NCBI GenBank assembly: GCA_043824835.1
Contig: JBDRSO010000100.1
Location: 3,311-67,310, forward strand
Direction of reading: 5' to 3'
Length of the DNA: 64,000 nt
Origin: Pseudomonadota bacterium
GTDB taxonomy: Bacteria; Desulfobacterota; Desulfovibrionia; Desulfovibrionales; Desulfovibrionaceae
Shown here: in pieces, positions 28,042 to 38,451 of the stretch
Position numbering within the stretch: position 1 is the stretch's first letter
How the letters are laid out: every line of letters begins with the position of its first letter
Notes under the pieces: model-generated
Told to the model about the DNA's origin: nothing
What the model saw: the letters and a program-made list of their open reading frames with translations, nothing else
Database searches by the model: none
Translations under genes and position numbers: made by a program

Positions 28042-28965
28042 CTAGATGGTGTAGCGGTGGAGCCAGTGCTCGTAGTCGGGATTTTCGCCCTTGACGATCT
28101 TGAAGTACTCGGTCTGGAGCAGCTTGGCCACCGGCCCGGCCTTACCCTCGCCGATCTCGCGGCGGTCGATGGAGCTGACCGGGGTCAGCTCGGCCGCGGT
28201 GCCGGTGAAGAAGACCTCGTCCGCGATGTAGAGCATGTCGCGGGTGATGGGCTCCTCGCGCACCTCGTAGCCCAGGTCCGTGGCCAAGTTGATGATGGAG
28301 TCGCGGGTCAGGCCACCCAGCACGCCGTCGGAATGCGGGGTGTAAATGACGTCGTTGACCACCATGAAGATGTTCTCGCCCGAGCCCTCGGACACATGGC
28401 CGGTGGTGTCGAGCAGCACGGCCTCGTGGTAGCCGTCGGCAATGGCCTCGGTCTTGGCCAGCACGGAGTTGACATAGTTGCCGCAGGCCTTGGCCTTGGT
28501 CATCATGACGTTGACATGATGGCGGGCAAAGGTGCTGGTCTTTATCTTGATGCCCTTTTCCAGGGCCTCGTCGCCCAGGTACGCGCCCCAGGGCCAGGTG
28601 GCGATGACGGCGCGGATGGGGTTGTTGCCCGGATGCACACCCATGACGCCCTCGCCGATGAAGACCAGGGGGCGCAGGTAGGCCCCGGCCAGCTTGTTGC
28701 GCTTCAGGGTCTCTATGGCGGCCTCGCACAGCTCGGTGGCGGTGTAAGGCACCTTGATACCCAGTATCTTGGCCGAGTTCACCAGCCGGATCATGTGCTC
28801 TTCGAGGCGGAAGACCTCGGAGCTTCCGTCCGCACACTGGTAAGCTCGGATGCCCTCGAAGACGCCCGCGCCGTAGTGCAGTGTATGGGTCAGGACGTGG
28901 ACATTGGCCTCGTCCCAGGGGACCTGTTCGCCATCAAACCAGATGGTTTCCGATTTCTGGACCAT
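28042..28965 (-). CDS. ilvE: Branched-chain amino acid aminotransferase
   Basis: Class IV aminotransferase pattern (LHYGxxVFEGIRAY, EGSGENIF, FTGTAAE). Trimmed to MVQKSETIWFDG. Confidence 0.92.
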   Translation of the reverse strand: MVQKSETIWFDGEQVPWDEANVHVLTHTLHYGAGVFEGIRAYQCADGSSEVFRLEEHMIRLVNSAKILGIKVPYTATELCEAAIETLKRNKLAGAYLRPLVFIGEGVMGVHPGNNPIRAVIATWPWGAYLGDEALEKGIKIKTSTFARHHVNVMMTKAKACGNYVNSVLAKTEAIADGYHEAVLLDTTGHVSEGSGENIFMVVNDVIYTPHSDGVLGGLTRDSIINLATDLGYEVREEPITRDMLYIADEVFFTGTAAELTPVSSIDRREIGEGKAGPVAKLLQTEYFKIVKGENPDYEHWLHRYTI

Positions 28966-29086
28966 GAAATTCGCTCCTTGGGAAGTGTGTGGCAGCAAGC
29001 CGCATCAATGCACGAGTAAAAAATGAAAAGTATGAAAAAGCGACAACAAGGTCAAGACACGATGACGGCCGCCCCGGAATTTCATT

Positions 29087-29115
29087 TTGACAGGCATGGG
29101 CGTCGAGAGTAAGAA
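29087..29115 (+). promoter_or_regulatory. Sigma-70-like promoter candidate for the aminotransferase-hom operon
   Basis: TTGACA (29087-29092), a 17-nt spacer, then TAAGAA (29110-29115). It lies about 40 nt upstream of ATG 29156, which has CAGGAG as SD. Confidence 0.4.
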
Positions 29116-29155
29116 AACTACTCTTGCACCCATACTTTTTCAGGAGTTTCTTGCC

Positions 29156-30367
29156 ATGTCCAAATTCGCGAGAGTTGATCGACTCCCCCCCTACGTCTTC
29201 GCCCAGGTCAACGAATTGAAGATGAAGATGCGCCACGCGGGTGCGGACATCATCGACCTTGGCATGGGCAACCCCGACGTGCCCACCCCCAAGCCCATTC
29301 TCGACAAGATAACCGAAGCCGCATATCGACCGGGAAACTCCAAGTATTCGGCATCAAAGGGCATCAAAGGTCTGCGCAAGGCGATTCGCGACTGGTATCT
29401 GCGCCGCTACGATGTCTCGCTCGACGACAACCAGGAGGTCTGTGTGACCATGGGGGCTAAGGAGGGGCTGGCCCATCTGGCCCTGGCCATGCTCAGCCCT
29501 GGCGACGTGGTGCTCGCCCCGGACCCGGCCTATCCCATCCACCCCTACGCCTCCATCATCGCGGGCGCGGACGTGCGCCGCGTGCCCATCGGGCCGGGCC
29601 AGGACTTCTTCGAGAACCTGGAGACGGCCGTGCGCCACACATGGCCCAAGCCCAAGCTCCTGATCATCAACTTCCCGCACAATCCGACCACCCAGTGCGT
29701 GGAGCTGCCATTTTTCCAGCGCATCGTTGATTTCGCCCGCGAGCACGGGCTCTTTGTCATCCACGACCTCGCCTACGCCGACTTCGTCTTCGACGGCTAC
29801 GTCGCCCCGAGCTTCATGCAGGCCGAGGGGGCCAAGGAAGTGGGCGTGGAGTTCTTCTCCATGACCAAGAGCTACTCCATGGCCGGCATGCGTGTGGGCT
29901 TTTGCGTGGGCAACCCGGACATGGTCCAGGCCCTGACCCGCATCAAGAGCTATCTCGACTACGGCATCTACCAGCCCATCCAGATCGCGGCCACCTGTGC
30001 CCTCAACGGCGACCTGGGCGAGAATCCCAAGTTCACTGTCGAGGACATGGATCAGGCTGTCAGGGACATCATGGCCGTGTACACCGACCGGCGCGACGCC
30101 CTGTGCGAGGGGCTCAACCGCATCGGCTGGGCCGTGACCCCGCCCAAGGCGACCATGTTCCTGTGGGCGCCCATCCCCGAAGAATTCAAGCACATGGGCT
30201 CGGTCGAATTCTCCAAGATGCTCCTGCAGGAGGCCGAGGTGGCCGTCTCGCCCGGCCTCGGGTTCGGCGAGTACGGCGACGATCATGTGCGCTTCAGCTT
30301 TGTGGAGAACCGCCACCGCACCAATCAGGCCGTGCGCAATCTTCGGAAATTCTTCGGAAAAGGTTAA
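29156..30367 (+). CDS. Class I/II PLP-dependent aminotransferase (AspC/AlaT-like)
   Basis: [14 protein letters not shown]...[15 protein letters not shown], and [14 protein letters not shown] containing the PLP lysine. Trimmed to MSKFARVD. Confidence 0.88.
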   Translation: MSKFARVDRLPPYVFAQVNELKMKMRHAGADIIDLGMGNPDVPTPKPILDKITEAAYRPGNSKYSASKGIKGLRKAIRDWYLRRYDVSLDDNQEVCVTMGAKEGLAHLALAMLSPGDVVLAPDPAYPIHPYASIIAGADVRRVPIGPGQDFFENLETAVRHTWPKPKLLIINFPHNPTTQCVELPFFQRIVDFAREHGLFVIHDLAYADFVFDGYVAPSFMQAEGAKEVGVEFFSMTKSYSMAGMRVGFCVGNPDMVQALTRIKSYLDYGIYQPIQIAATCALNGDLGENPKFTVEDMDQAVRDIMAVYTDRRDALCEGLNRIGWAVTPPKATMFLWAPIPEEFKHMGSVEFSKMLLQEAEVAVSPGLGFGEYGDDHVRFSFVENRHRTNQAVRNLRKFFGKG

Positions 30368-30378
30368 TCGAGGCTTTC

Positions 30379-31677
30379 ATGGACGTGATACGACTCGGCC
30401 TGGCCGGTTTCGGCACCGTGGGCTCCGGTCTGGCCCGGATACTGGACACCAACGGCGACCGCATCGAAAAGCGGCTCGGCAAACGCATAGAAATCAGGCG
30501 CGTGCTCGTGCGCGATCCGGCCAAGCAGCGCGCCTTTGATCCCGGCCCGGGAGTGACCTTCACCACCGATCCCGACGCCCTGGTGAACGACCCGGACATC
30601 GACATCGTGGTCGAGCTGATGGGCGGGCTGGACGCGGCCAAGGCGCTGATCCTCAAGGCGTTCGCCGCGGGCAAGCATGTGGTCACGGCCAACAAGCACC
30701 TTTTGGCCGTGGACGGCCTCGAACTCTTCGAGGCGGCCAACGCCAGCGGCACGGGTCTGCTGTTCGAGGCCAGTTGCGCGGGCGGCATCCCCATCGTCCA
30801 GACCCTCAAGGAAAACCTGGCCGGTGACGAGATCGTCAAGATGCTCGGCATCATGAACGGCACGGCCAACTACATCCTCTCGGAGATGACCACCAAAGGC
30901 ATGGATTTCACCACCGCCCTGGACGAGGCCAAGGCCCTTGGCTACGCCGAGGCAGACCCCACCTTCGACATCGAGGGGTTTGATACCGCCCACAAGCTCT
31001 GCGTGCTCATCCGCATGGCCTTTGGCGTGGACTACCCCCTGGACGAGCTGCCCGTGCAGGGCATCTCCATGGTCACGCCGCTCGACATCGAGTTCGCCCG
31101 CCGCTTCGGCTACCGGGTCAAGCTGCTGGCCCATGCCAAGGTGGTGGACGACAAGCTCGAAGCGGGCGTTCACCCGGCCCTGGTGCCTTACACCTACCTG
31201 CTGGCCCGGGTGGGCGGCAACTACAACGCCGTGCGCCTGGAAGGCAACGCGGTGGGGCCGATCATGCTCCACGGCCAGGGCGCGGGCGACCTGCCCACAG
31301 GCAGCGCCGTGCTGGCCGACATCATGAGCCTCGCTCGGCAAACCGGCGGCCGTTGCGACATGCTCGACAACACCGGCTTTCGCAACCAGCCCATCCCCAG
31401 GGCCAGGATCGTGCCGCCGGGCGAATCGGAATCCAAGTTCTACTTCCGCTTCACCGTGGCCGACCGCACCGGCGTCATGGCCGCCATCGCCAACTCCATG
31501 GCCGTGCACGGCGTGTCCATCGCCCAGGCCGTGCAGGACGGCGAGGCCGGAGCCAAGGGCGTGCCGCTGGTCATCATCAGCCACGAGACCCGGGCCGAGG
31601 CCGCCGAGGCGGTCATCGCCGAAGTGGACGCCATGGACTTCAGCGTCGAACCCTGCGTCTGCTTCAGAATCCTCTAA
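30379..31677 (+). CDS. hom: Homoserine dehydrogenase
   Basis: GLAGFGTVGSG NAD-binding motif, a catalytic domain and a C-terminal ACT domain. The ATG at 30379 was verified in the sequence. Confidence 0.92.
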   Translation: MDVIRLGLAGFGTVGSGLARILDTNGDRIEKRLGKRIEIRRVLVRDPAKQRAFDPGPGVTFTTDPDALVNDPDIDIVVELMGGLDAAKALILKAFAAGKHVVTANKHLLAVDGLELFEAANASGTGLLFEASCAGGIPIVQTLKENLAGDEIVKMLGIMNGTANYILSEMTTKGMDFTTALDEAKALGYAEADPTFDIEGFDTAHKLCVLIRMAFGVDYPLDELPVQGISMVTPLDIEFARRFGYRVKLLAHAKVVDDKLEAGVHPALVPYTYLLARVGGNYNAVRLEGNAVGPIMLHGQGAGDLPTGSAVLADIMSLARQTGGRCDMLDNTGFRNQPIPRARIVPPGESESKFYFRFTVADRTGVMAAIANSMAVHGVSIAQAVQDGEAGAKGVPLVIISHETRAEAAEAVIAEVDAMDFSVEPCVCFRIL

Positions 31678-31688
31678 CGGGACTATTC

Positions 31689-32888
31689 ATGAAACTTCTC
31701 TATCTCGTAGCCGACGGCATGGGCGACTGGCCCCTGGAGGAACTGGGCGGCAAGACCTGCATGGAGGCGGCGCACACGCCGCACATGGACGAGCTGGCCA
31801 GAACCGGCGTGGTCGGCCGCGCCCAGACCGTGCCCGTGGACATGCCCCCTGGCTCGGACGTGGCCAACATGTCCCTGCTCGGCTTCGATCCGGCCAGCCA
31901 CCACACCGGGCGCGGCCCTATCGAGGCGGCCGCCCAGGGCCTTGTCCTCGACCCGGACGACCTCGTCTGGCGGCTCAACCTGGTCACGGTCTCCAAGCTG
32001 ACAATCGATGGCTATATGCGCGACTACTCCTCGGGTCACATCCCCAGCGAAGTCTCGCGCCCGGTCATCAAGGCCCTGCAAGAAAGACTCGGCAACGAGA
32101 CCTACGTCTTTTATCCCGGCATCCAGTACCGCCACCTGCTGGTCCAGAAGGGCGGCGCGCTGACCGATGACGCCAAGCTCAAGATCAACCCGCCCCACGA
32201 CATCACGGACAAGCCCATCAAGTACGACCTGCGCGCCTTCTCGCGCAGCTCCCCGCTGTGGGACCTCGTGTTCGAGGCGGCAGACCTGCTGGCTGACAGG
32301 GACATCAACATGAGCATTGCCAACGCCATCTGGCCGTGGGGCCAGGGCCGACCGCTCATGCTGCCCGACTTTGCCGAGACATTCGGCCTGCGCGGCGCGG
32401 TCATCTCGGCCGTGGACCTGATCAAGGGACTGGGCAATGCCTCGGGCATGCGCGTGCTCGACATTGAGGGGGCCACCGGCCTGCTCGACACCAACTACCA
32501 GGGCAAGGTGGACGCCGCCCTCGATTTCCTCAAGGACAACGACTTCGCATTCGTCCACCTCGAAGGCCCGGACGAATGCGGCCACGGAGGCAACTCGGCC
32601 GACAAGGTCGAGGCCATCAGCCGTTTCGACGCACAAGTGGTCGGCCCGCTGCGAGCCGCCCTCACGGGCCATGACGTGGGCTTCATCGTCACCTGCGACC
32701 ACTTCACGCCCATTGCCGAACGCACTCACACCACAGACCCGGTCCCCTTCATCATCAACGGCCCCGGCTGCCCGGCCTCGGGCGTGGACGGTTTCTCCGA
32801 GAAAACCGCTGCAAGCACCGGCCTCGTCATGGACAAGGGATACGAACTGCTGCCCTTTGCCCTCAAGACTCTGGGAATGCGGCCATGA
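31689..32888 (+). CDS. Cofactor-independent phosphoglycerate mutase (ApgM) family protein, of the proposed alternative homoserine kinase type
   Basis: Alkaline-phosphatase-superfamily pattern: LVADGMGD, PGSDVANMS, HLEGPDECGH. It lies immediately downstream of hom. Confidence 0.8.
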   Translation: MKLLYLVADGMGDWPLEELGGKTCMEAAHTPHMDELARTGVVGRAQTVPVDMPPGSDVANMSLLGFDPASHHTGRGPIEAAAQGLVLDPDDLVWRLNLVTVSKLTIDGYMRDYSSGHIPSEVSRPVIKALQERLGNETYVFYPGIQYRHLLVQKGGALTDDAKLKINPPHDITDKPIKYDLRAFSRSSPLWDLVFEAADLLADRDINMSIANAIWPWGQGRPLMLPDFAETFGLRGAVISAVDLIKGLGNASGMRVLDIEGATGLLDTNYQGKVDAALDFLKDNDFAFVHLEGPDECGHGGNSADKVEAISRFDAQVVGPLRAALTGHDVGFIVTCDHFTPIAERTHTTDPVPFIINGPGCPASGVDGFSEKTAASTGLVMDKGYELLPFALKTLGMRP

Positions 32889-33304
32889 GCGTGGCCGTGC
32901 AGTTTCCGGCCTCGTCCAGTTGGTATCGGCATTTTGTCTCCTATGGCGAGACAGACACCATGGGCGTGCTCTACTATGCGGAATACCTGCACATCTTTGA
33001 GCGCGCCCGGAGCTTCTTCATCCGCGAGCACGGCATGAGCTACGCCGAGGTCGAGGGGCGCGGCATCATTCTGCCCGTGCGCGAGGCCCAGTGCCGCTAC
33101 CGAGTCCCGGTCCAATTCGACGACGAAATCCTCGTCCATGTCGGCATCACCCAGTGGAAGCGAGCCTCCATGACCTTCAGCTACGAGGTCATGAACCGCG
33201 ACAGGACCGTGCTCCACGCCACGGGCATGACCGAGCACGCCGCTGTGGATTCAACGGGCAAACCAGTGCGCGTGCCCGACTGGCTGCGCCAACTGTTCGA
33301 CTGA
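32885..33304 (+). CDS. YbgC/4HBT-family acyl-CoA thioesterase
   Basis: Hotdog-fold pattern (YGETDTMGVLYYAEYL...). ATGA start/stop overlap with the preceding gene. Confidence 0.8.
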   Translation: MSVAVQFPASSSWYRHFVSYGETDTMGVLYYAEYLHIFERARSFFIREHGMSYAEVEGRGIILPVREAQCRYRVPVQFDDEILVHVGITQWKRASMTFSYEVMNRDRTVLHATGMTEHAAVDSTGKPVRVPDWLRQLFD

Positions 33305-33437
33305 TCAAGCGCCTGTTCCCCGATCGGTTCAATTCTTCATTTTTTTGTCTGAACACTCTGGAATCGCGGCTGTTTCTTTTTCGGAGCCATCTCAAACAAC
33401 CGTTTACATCCCAGCGACCGTCTGGCACAGTTTCCCC

Positions 33438-34274
33438 ATGCTCATCGATGTCCACATGCACGCGTTTCATCCCAAGATCGCGGACAAGGTGCTTGCCCAG
33501 CTTAAGGATCACTATGCCATCGCCCCGGTGGGCACCGGCATGGTGGACGATCTGATTGCGCGGCTCAACAGGGCGCGCCTGGACTCGGCCGTGGTCCTGA
33601 CCGCGGCCACCACCCCGGCCCAGGTCATCCCGGCCAACAACTGGTCCCTTTCGGTTGGGCGCGACAATCCCCGGCTCATTCCCTTCGGCACCATCCACCC
33701 GGGCTTCGAGAGCATGGAGGACGAGCTGGACAGGCTGGAGCGAAGCGGCATCAAGGGGCTGAAATTCCACCCTGATTTCCAGGGTTATCGGCTCGACGAC
33801 CCGGCCCTGTACGATGTCATGGAGATGATCGGCGACCGCTTCGTCTGCCTCTTCCATGTGGGCGATACCCTGCCGCCCGAAGACAACCCCTCATGCCCGA
33901 GAAAACTGGCCCAACTGCGAAAGGTCTTCCCGGCCCCGGTCATGATCGCGGCCCACATGGGGGGCTACCGGCACTGGAAGTACGCCCTGGAGCATCTGGC
34001 AACCACGGAGGTGCTGGTGGACTCGTCGAGCACCCTCGCCTTTGTGGATGACGCCATGCTGCTGCGGCTCTACCGCGCCTTCGGCAGCCGCCGCATTCTT
34101 TTTGGCAGCGACTATCCCCTCTTTGATCCGGGGATCGAAATTGAGCGGCTCCAGTACCGACTCAACCTCTCGTCCGGCGAACTGGATGCCATCCTGAGCA
34201 ATGCGGGAGACATTCTCATCCCGCATGCCGTCACTGCGCGGCCAAAAGAACATGAACAGGCAAAAAGCTGTTGA
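33438..34274 (+). CDS. Amidohydrolase-2 family metal-dependent hydrolase
   Basis: MLIDVHMH start motif, followed by ...GIKGLKFHP...FHVGD...FGSDYP. Confidence 0.75.
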   Translation: MLIDVHMHAFHPKIADKVLAQLKDHYAIAPVGTGMVDDLIARLNRARLDSAVVLTAATTPAQVIPANNWSLSVGRDNPRLIPFGTIHPGFESMEDELDRLERSGIKGLKFHPDFQGYRLDDPALYDVMEMIGDRFVCLFHVGDTLPPEDNPSCPRKLAQLRKVFPAPVMIAAHMGGYRHWKYALEHLATTEVLVDSSSTLAFVDDAMLLRLYRAFGSRRILFGSDYPLFDPGIEIERLQYRLNLSSGELDAILSNAGDILIPHAVTARPKEHEQAKSC

Positions 34275-34338
34275 TGAACTTGTCCGCAAACGTGTATGGA
34301 GAAGTCGTCACTGGATTTCAACCGGGGGGGGAACAGGA

Positions 34339-34566
34339 ATGAAACGGTGCATCACGGCCTTGCTCGTACTGCTCATGATGGCTCTGCTGGCCGCCTGCGG
34401 CAGCAAGAACTATCAGGTCACGACAAAGACAGGCGAGACCTTCCACACCCAGGGCGCGCCCGAATATGACATGAAGAGCGAGACCTACACGTTCACGGAC
34501 GAGAAAGGAGAGGAGGTCATCCTCAACCGGATTGATGTGGACGTTATCCAGGAGCAGATCAAGTAG
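34339..34566 (+). CDS. YgdI/YgdR-like (DUF903) small lipoprotein
   Basis: Lipobox LLAAC-G. 75 aa with the pattern YxVTTKxGxxxxTxGxPxxDxxSxTYxFxDxxG. Confidence 0.75.
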   Translation: MKRCITALLVLLMMALLAACGSKNYQVTTKTGETFHTQGAPEYDMKSETYTFTDEKGEEVILNRIDVDVIQEQIK

Positions 34567-34591
34567 CGCCATCGCCGCGAATCCGCAGACC

Positions 34592-34622
34592 AGCCCCCTG
34601 CTTTCAGGCCGGGGGCTTTTTT
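34592..34622. terminator. Intrinsic terminator
   Basis: agccccc / loop / gggggct followed by TTTTTT, between convergent genes. Confidence 0.75.
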
Positions 34623-34664
34623 GCGCCGATCCTCCGACCCAGCCGTCGACAGGACGCCGCCCGG

Positions 34665-35942
34665 TCAGATCAGGTCGATGATGGAACCAAAGCCGGGGTC
34701 GAAGAGCCGCTTGTAGGTGCGGATAACGAACCCGTCGGTCATGCCCGAGACATAGTCGCAGAGCATTCGCCGCCGGCGGTGCTCGTCGTCTTGTTCAAGA
34801 ATGGCGGCGTGATAATGGTCCGGCAGCAGCCGCAGGGAGGGCTCGGGCTTGGCCACATACTCCTCCTCGAAGACCGCGAAGACCTTGCGCAGGATGGTGC
34901 CGCCCTTGTATTCGAGCTGGTGCACCTGTGGGGTGCGGAAAACAAGATCCACGGCCAGCTTCTGCATGAGCTGGCACTGCTGGCGGGCCTCCGGGGTCAC
35001 CGCGATGTCGTAGCGGTAGCGATTGGTGCGGTCGGCCAGCGCGTTGTCGCGCCGGGCAAGGGTGGTGGCGTGGATGAACCCGCCGATGAGCCGGGCCAGG
35101 AAGGAGCCAAAACCGTCCTCCATGACCGCCTCGGACAACTCGTCGAGAAACCGGATTCCCTCTGCGTTCAGACCGGACGCATGGGCGTCCCGCCAGTTGC
35201 GCAGTTTCTTGACCGAAATGAACCCGGCCCGGATGGAGTCGTCCAGGTCGTGGACCGAGTAGGCGATGTCGTCGGCCCAGTCCATGATGCGGCACTCCAG
35301 GGACTTGAACGTGTTCAGCGCCTTCTCGGAGTCGAAGAGGTCGCGGAAACGCTCGTCCGGGTTGACGAAATCGAGTATCCCCTCCTGGGCGTCGTAGAGG
35401 AAGTGCTTCTTCTTGTCGGCCGAGTCCCTGAACAGGGTTTTGTACTTGAGCATGCCGTCGAGAAAGGCGCGGGTGGGCTTCATGCCGGTCCAGGTTGCCT
35501 TGTCGCGGTAGAACAGGTCCACCAGGATGCGCAGGTTCTGGGCGTTGCCCTCGAATCCGCCGGACTCGCGCATCAGCCCGTTGAGCGCCCCCTCGCCCGC
35601 ATGACCAAAGGAAGGATGGCCTATGTCGTGGGCCAGACAGATGGACTCCACCAGATCCTGGTCGATGTGGAACCCGTCGCCAAGCTCGCCTGACGAGCGG
35701 TTGAGATGGTTGACGATGGAGCGCCCGATCTGGGAAACCTCGATGGAATGCGTCAACCGGGTGCGGTAGAAGTCGAACTCGCCGGACAGGAAGACCTGAG
35801 TCTTGGACTGGAGGCGACGAAAGGCCGGGGAGTAGATGATGCGGTCCCGGTCCTGCTCAAAGGGGGTGCGCCCCTTGTCGTGTCGGGATTGCCCGTGCCC
35901 GATGCTCTCGGTGTCGAACTCGTTGTAGAAGCTGTTTTCCAC
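34665..35942 (-). CDS. dgt: dGTPase-like HD-domain triphosphohydrolase
   Basis: RTRLTHSIEVSQI, LAHDIGHPSFGH and DDIAYSVHDLDD motifs. Confidence 0.85.
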   Translation of the reverse strand: MENSFYNEFDTESIGHGQSRHDKGRTPFEQDRDRIIYSPAFRRLQSKTQVFLSGEFDFYRTRLTHSIEVSQIGRSIVNHLNRSSGELGDGFHIDQDLVESICLAHDIGHPSFGHAGEGALNGLMRESGGFEGNAQNLRILVDLFYRDKATWTGMKPTRAFLDGMLKYKTLFRDSADKKKHFLYDAQEGILDFVNPDERFRDLFDSEKALNTFKSLECRIMDWADDIAYSVHDLDDSIRAGFISVKKLRNWRDAHASGLNAEGIRFLDELSEAVMEDGFGSFLARLIGGFIHATTLARRDNALADRTNRYRYDIAVTPEARQQCQLMQKLAVDLVFRTPQVHQLEYKGGTILRKVFAVFEEEYVAKPEPSLRLLPDHYHAAILEQDDEHRRRRMLCDYVSGMTDGFVIRTYKRLFDPGFGSIIDLI

Positions 35943-35985
35943 TCGTTCCTCCCGCGCTTCGGGCGCCGTTTCAGGGGGCTGCGGC

Positions 35986-37521
35986 CTAGTCCAGAACCCC
36001 GGCCATGAGCGGTCCTATCCGGCTTGGCGTGTCCTCTTCTGAGGTGGGCAGCATGCCGAGGATGCGGCCGCGATACATGACCGCGATCCGGTCGGCCAGT
36101 TGCAGCGCCTCGTTGAGGTCGCCGGTGACCAGGAGCACCCCGGCCATGGCGCGAGCATCCAGCAGCCGCCGCCAGACCTCCTCGGTGGCCGAGACATCCA
36201 GCCCCTGGGTGGGCTGCTCGGCCACGATGAAGCGCGGCTGGCGGTAGAGCTCGCGGGCCAGCACGGCCTTTTGCAGGTTGCCGCCGGAAAGCTGCCAGGC
36301 CAGGGCGTGGATGCGGCCGGGCCGGATATCATACTTCTTGATCAACTCTTCAGTATCGCGCTCGGCGCGCCGCCTGTCGAGCCACATACCCCTGGCGAAC
36401 CCCAGGCGCGTGGTCAGCAGCAGGTTGTCCACAAGGTTCTGATTGCGCATGGTGGCCAGACCGAGCCGGTCTTCGGGAATGTAGCACATGGAGCGGTTCC
36501 AGGTGGATTCGGCGAAAAACTTGCGCCAAGGCTGGCCCATGATGAAAACCGTATCCACAGGTGGCTTGACCAGACCCGTGACCGCCTCCACCAGTTCCTT
36601 CTGCCCGTTGCCAGCCACGCCGACCACGGCCACGATCTCGCCCTTGCGCACCTCAAGATCGACATCCGTCAGCCCGAGGCCGGTCATGCCCTTGATCTCA
36701 AGGACCGGCTCGCCGATGTCAGCGGGCTGGCGGTCCACTTCGAGCAGCACCTCCTTGCCCACCATGCGCGAGGCCAGCTCGGCCTTGGACTCGATGGCCG
36801 CGGGGTCCAGCTCGCCCTCAATCCGACCGCGCCGCAGAATGGCGATCTCGTCGGCCAGGGCGATGACCTCTTCGAGCTTGTGGCTGATGAAGATGACGGA
36901 CTTGCCCTGCTCGGTCATGCGCCACAGGGCCTCGAAGAGCCGGATGGTCTCCTCGGGGGTGAGCACGGCCGTGGGCTCGTCAAAGATGAGGATGCGGCTC
37001 TTGCGATAGAGCAGCTTGAGGATCTCCACCAGCTGGCGCTCGCCCATGGACAGGTCGCTGATGCGAGCCGAGACGTCCACGGCCAGCCCGTATTCCGTGG
37101 CCAGCGCGTCCACGCGCGCCTCCATCTCGCCGGGCTTGATGAAAAAGCTGCCCTCCTGGCCGAGGAGCACGTTTTCGGCCACGGTCATGGAGTCCACGAG
37201 CATGAAATTCTGGTAGACCATGCCTATCCCGGCGGCGATGGCGTCCCTGGACGACTCGAACCGCACGGGTCGGCCATCCACCTCCATGGTGCCTGAGTCG
37301 GGCTTGTAGCGCCCGGCCAGCATGCTCATCAGGGTGGACTTGCCCGCTCCGTTCTCGCCGAGCAGGGCCTTGATGCGGCCAGGGTGGATGTCCATGGTGA
37401 TGGAATCGTTGGCCACCACCTTGCCGAACCGCTTGGTCACATCCTTGAGCCGGACCACGGGCACGGCACCCTCGGACAGCGGCCTCCCCCGCGCGGGCCG
37501 GCCATAGCGCAACTCGAACAT
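35986..37521 (-). CDS. ABC importer ATPase (duplicated NBD, sugar/nucleoside type)
   Basis: Walker A GENGAGKST, LSMGERQ, ILIFDEPT, and a degenerate second NBD. It lies downstream of two permease genes and the BMP binding-protein gene. Confidence 0.88.
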   Translation of the reverse strand: MFELRYGRPARGRPLSEGAVPVVRLKDVTKRFGKVVANDSITMDIHPGRIKALLGENGAGKSTLMSMLAGRYKPDSGTMEVDGRPVRFESSRDAIAAGIGMVYQNFMLVDSMTVAENVLLGQEGSFFIKPGEMEARVDALATEYGLAVDVSARISDLSMGERQLVEILKLLYRKSRILIFDEPTAVLTPEETIRLFEALWRMTEQGKSVIFISHKLEEVIALADEIAILRRGRIEGELDPAAIESKAELASRMVGKEVLLEVDRQPADIGEPVLEIKGMTGLGLTDVDLEVRKGEIVAVVGVAGNGQKELVEAVTGLVKPPVDTVFIMGQPWRKFFAESTWNRSMCYIPEDRLGLATMRNQNLVDNLLLTTRLGFARGMWLDRRRAERDTEELIKKYDIRPGRIHALAWQLSGGNLQKAVLARELYRQPRFIVAEQPTQGLDVSATEEVWRRLLDARAMAGVLLVTGDLNEALQLADRIAVMYRGRILGMLPTSEEDTPSRIGPLMAGVLD

Positions 37522-37524
37522 GCC

Positions 37525-38451
37525 CTAGGCCTCCGGCTCGATGTTGGTGCCCAGAGCGGCCGGGGCATCGATGCGTCGGCCCCGCCAAGCCGAAAGGATG
37601 AGCACCAGGATGGTCAGCAGGTACGGCAGCATCAGGAGCAGCGACGACGGGATGTGCGTGCCCATGGCCTGGAGCCTGAGCTGAAAGGCCATCACCCCGC
37701 CGAAGAGATAGGCCCCGATCACGGCCCGGCCCGGCCGCCAGAAGGCGAAGATGACCAGGGCCACGGCGATCCAGCCGCGCCCGCCGGACAGGCCATTGGT
37801 CCATAGATGGGTGTAGGCCAGCGAGAGATACGCCCCGCCAAGGCCGATGAGGAACCCACCTGCAAGCACGGCGAAATAGCGCAGGGCCACGGGCTTGAGC
37901 CCGGCTGCGGCCGCTGCGGCGGGCATCTCGCCAGTGGCGGTAACGTGCAGCCCGAGGCTGGTGCGCCGGAAGAAGAACCAGAAGACAAAGGGGATGACGA
38001 ACGAAATGTAGACCAGCATGTCCTGGCGGAAGAAGATGTCACCCAACACGGGAATGGACGAGAGCAGCGGGAAGGCGAAGGGGTCGAATCCGGGTGCGGC
38101 CAGCCCCACATAGGGCACGCCGAGGAAGGTGCTCACGCCCAGGCCGAGGATGGTCAGGGCCAGCCCGGAGACAACCTGGTTGCCCAGGCAGGTGATACAG
38201 ACAAAGGCGTGCAGCGAGGCAAAGACCAAGCCCGCCGTGCCGCCCGCTACAAAGGCGAGCCAGGGCGAGCCAGTGGCGAAGCTGGTGACAAAGGCGGCCA
38301 AGGCGGCCACGGCCATGATGCCCTCCACGCCCAGGTTGAGCACGCCCCCCTTCTCGGTCATCATCTCGCCCAGGGTGGCGTAGAGGATGGGCGTGCCCGA
38401 CTGCACGGCTGCGGCCAGGAGCGGTATGATGAATTCCCACATGAGCATCAC
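37525..38451 (-). CDS. ABC transporter permease (BPD_transp_2 type)
   Basis: Polytopic membrane protein. 4-nt overlap with the upstream permease gene. Confidence 0.85.
   Translation of the reverse strand: MMLMWEFIIPLLAAAVQSGTPILYATLGEMMTEKGGVLNLGVEGIMAVAALAAFVTSFATGSPWLAFVAGGTAGLVFASLHAFVCITCLGNQVVSGLALTILGLGVSTFLGVPYVGLAAPGFDPFAFPLLSSIPVLGDIFFRQDMLVYISFVIPFVFWFFFRRTSLGLHVTATGEMPAAAAAAGLKPVALRYFAVLAGGFLIGLGGAYLSLAYTHLWTNGLSGGRGWIAVALVIFAFWRPGRAVIGAYLFGGVMAFQLRLQAMGTHIPSSLLLMLPYLLTILVLILSAWRGRRIDAPAALGTNIEPEA

Noticed and set aside
34665-35942. dGTPase-like gene as an anti-phage dNTP-depletion defence gene
   Set aside because: It is a stand-alone gene embedded in a nucleoside salvage and housekeeping context. 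It has no defence-island neighbours or mobile-element signatures.
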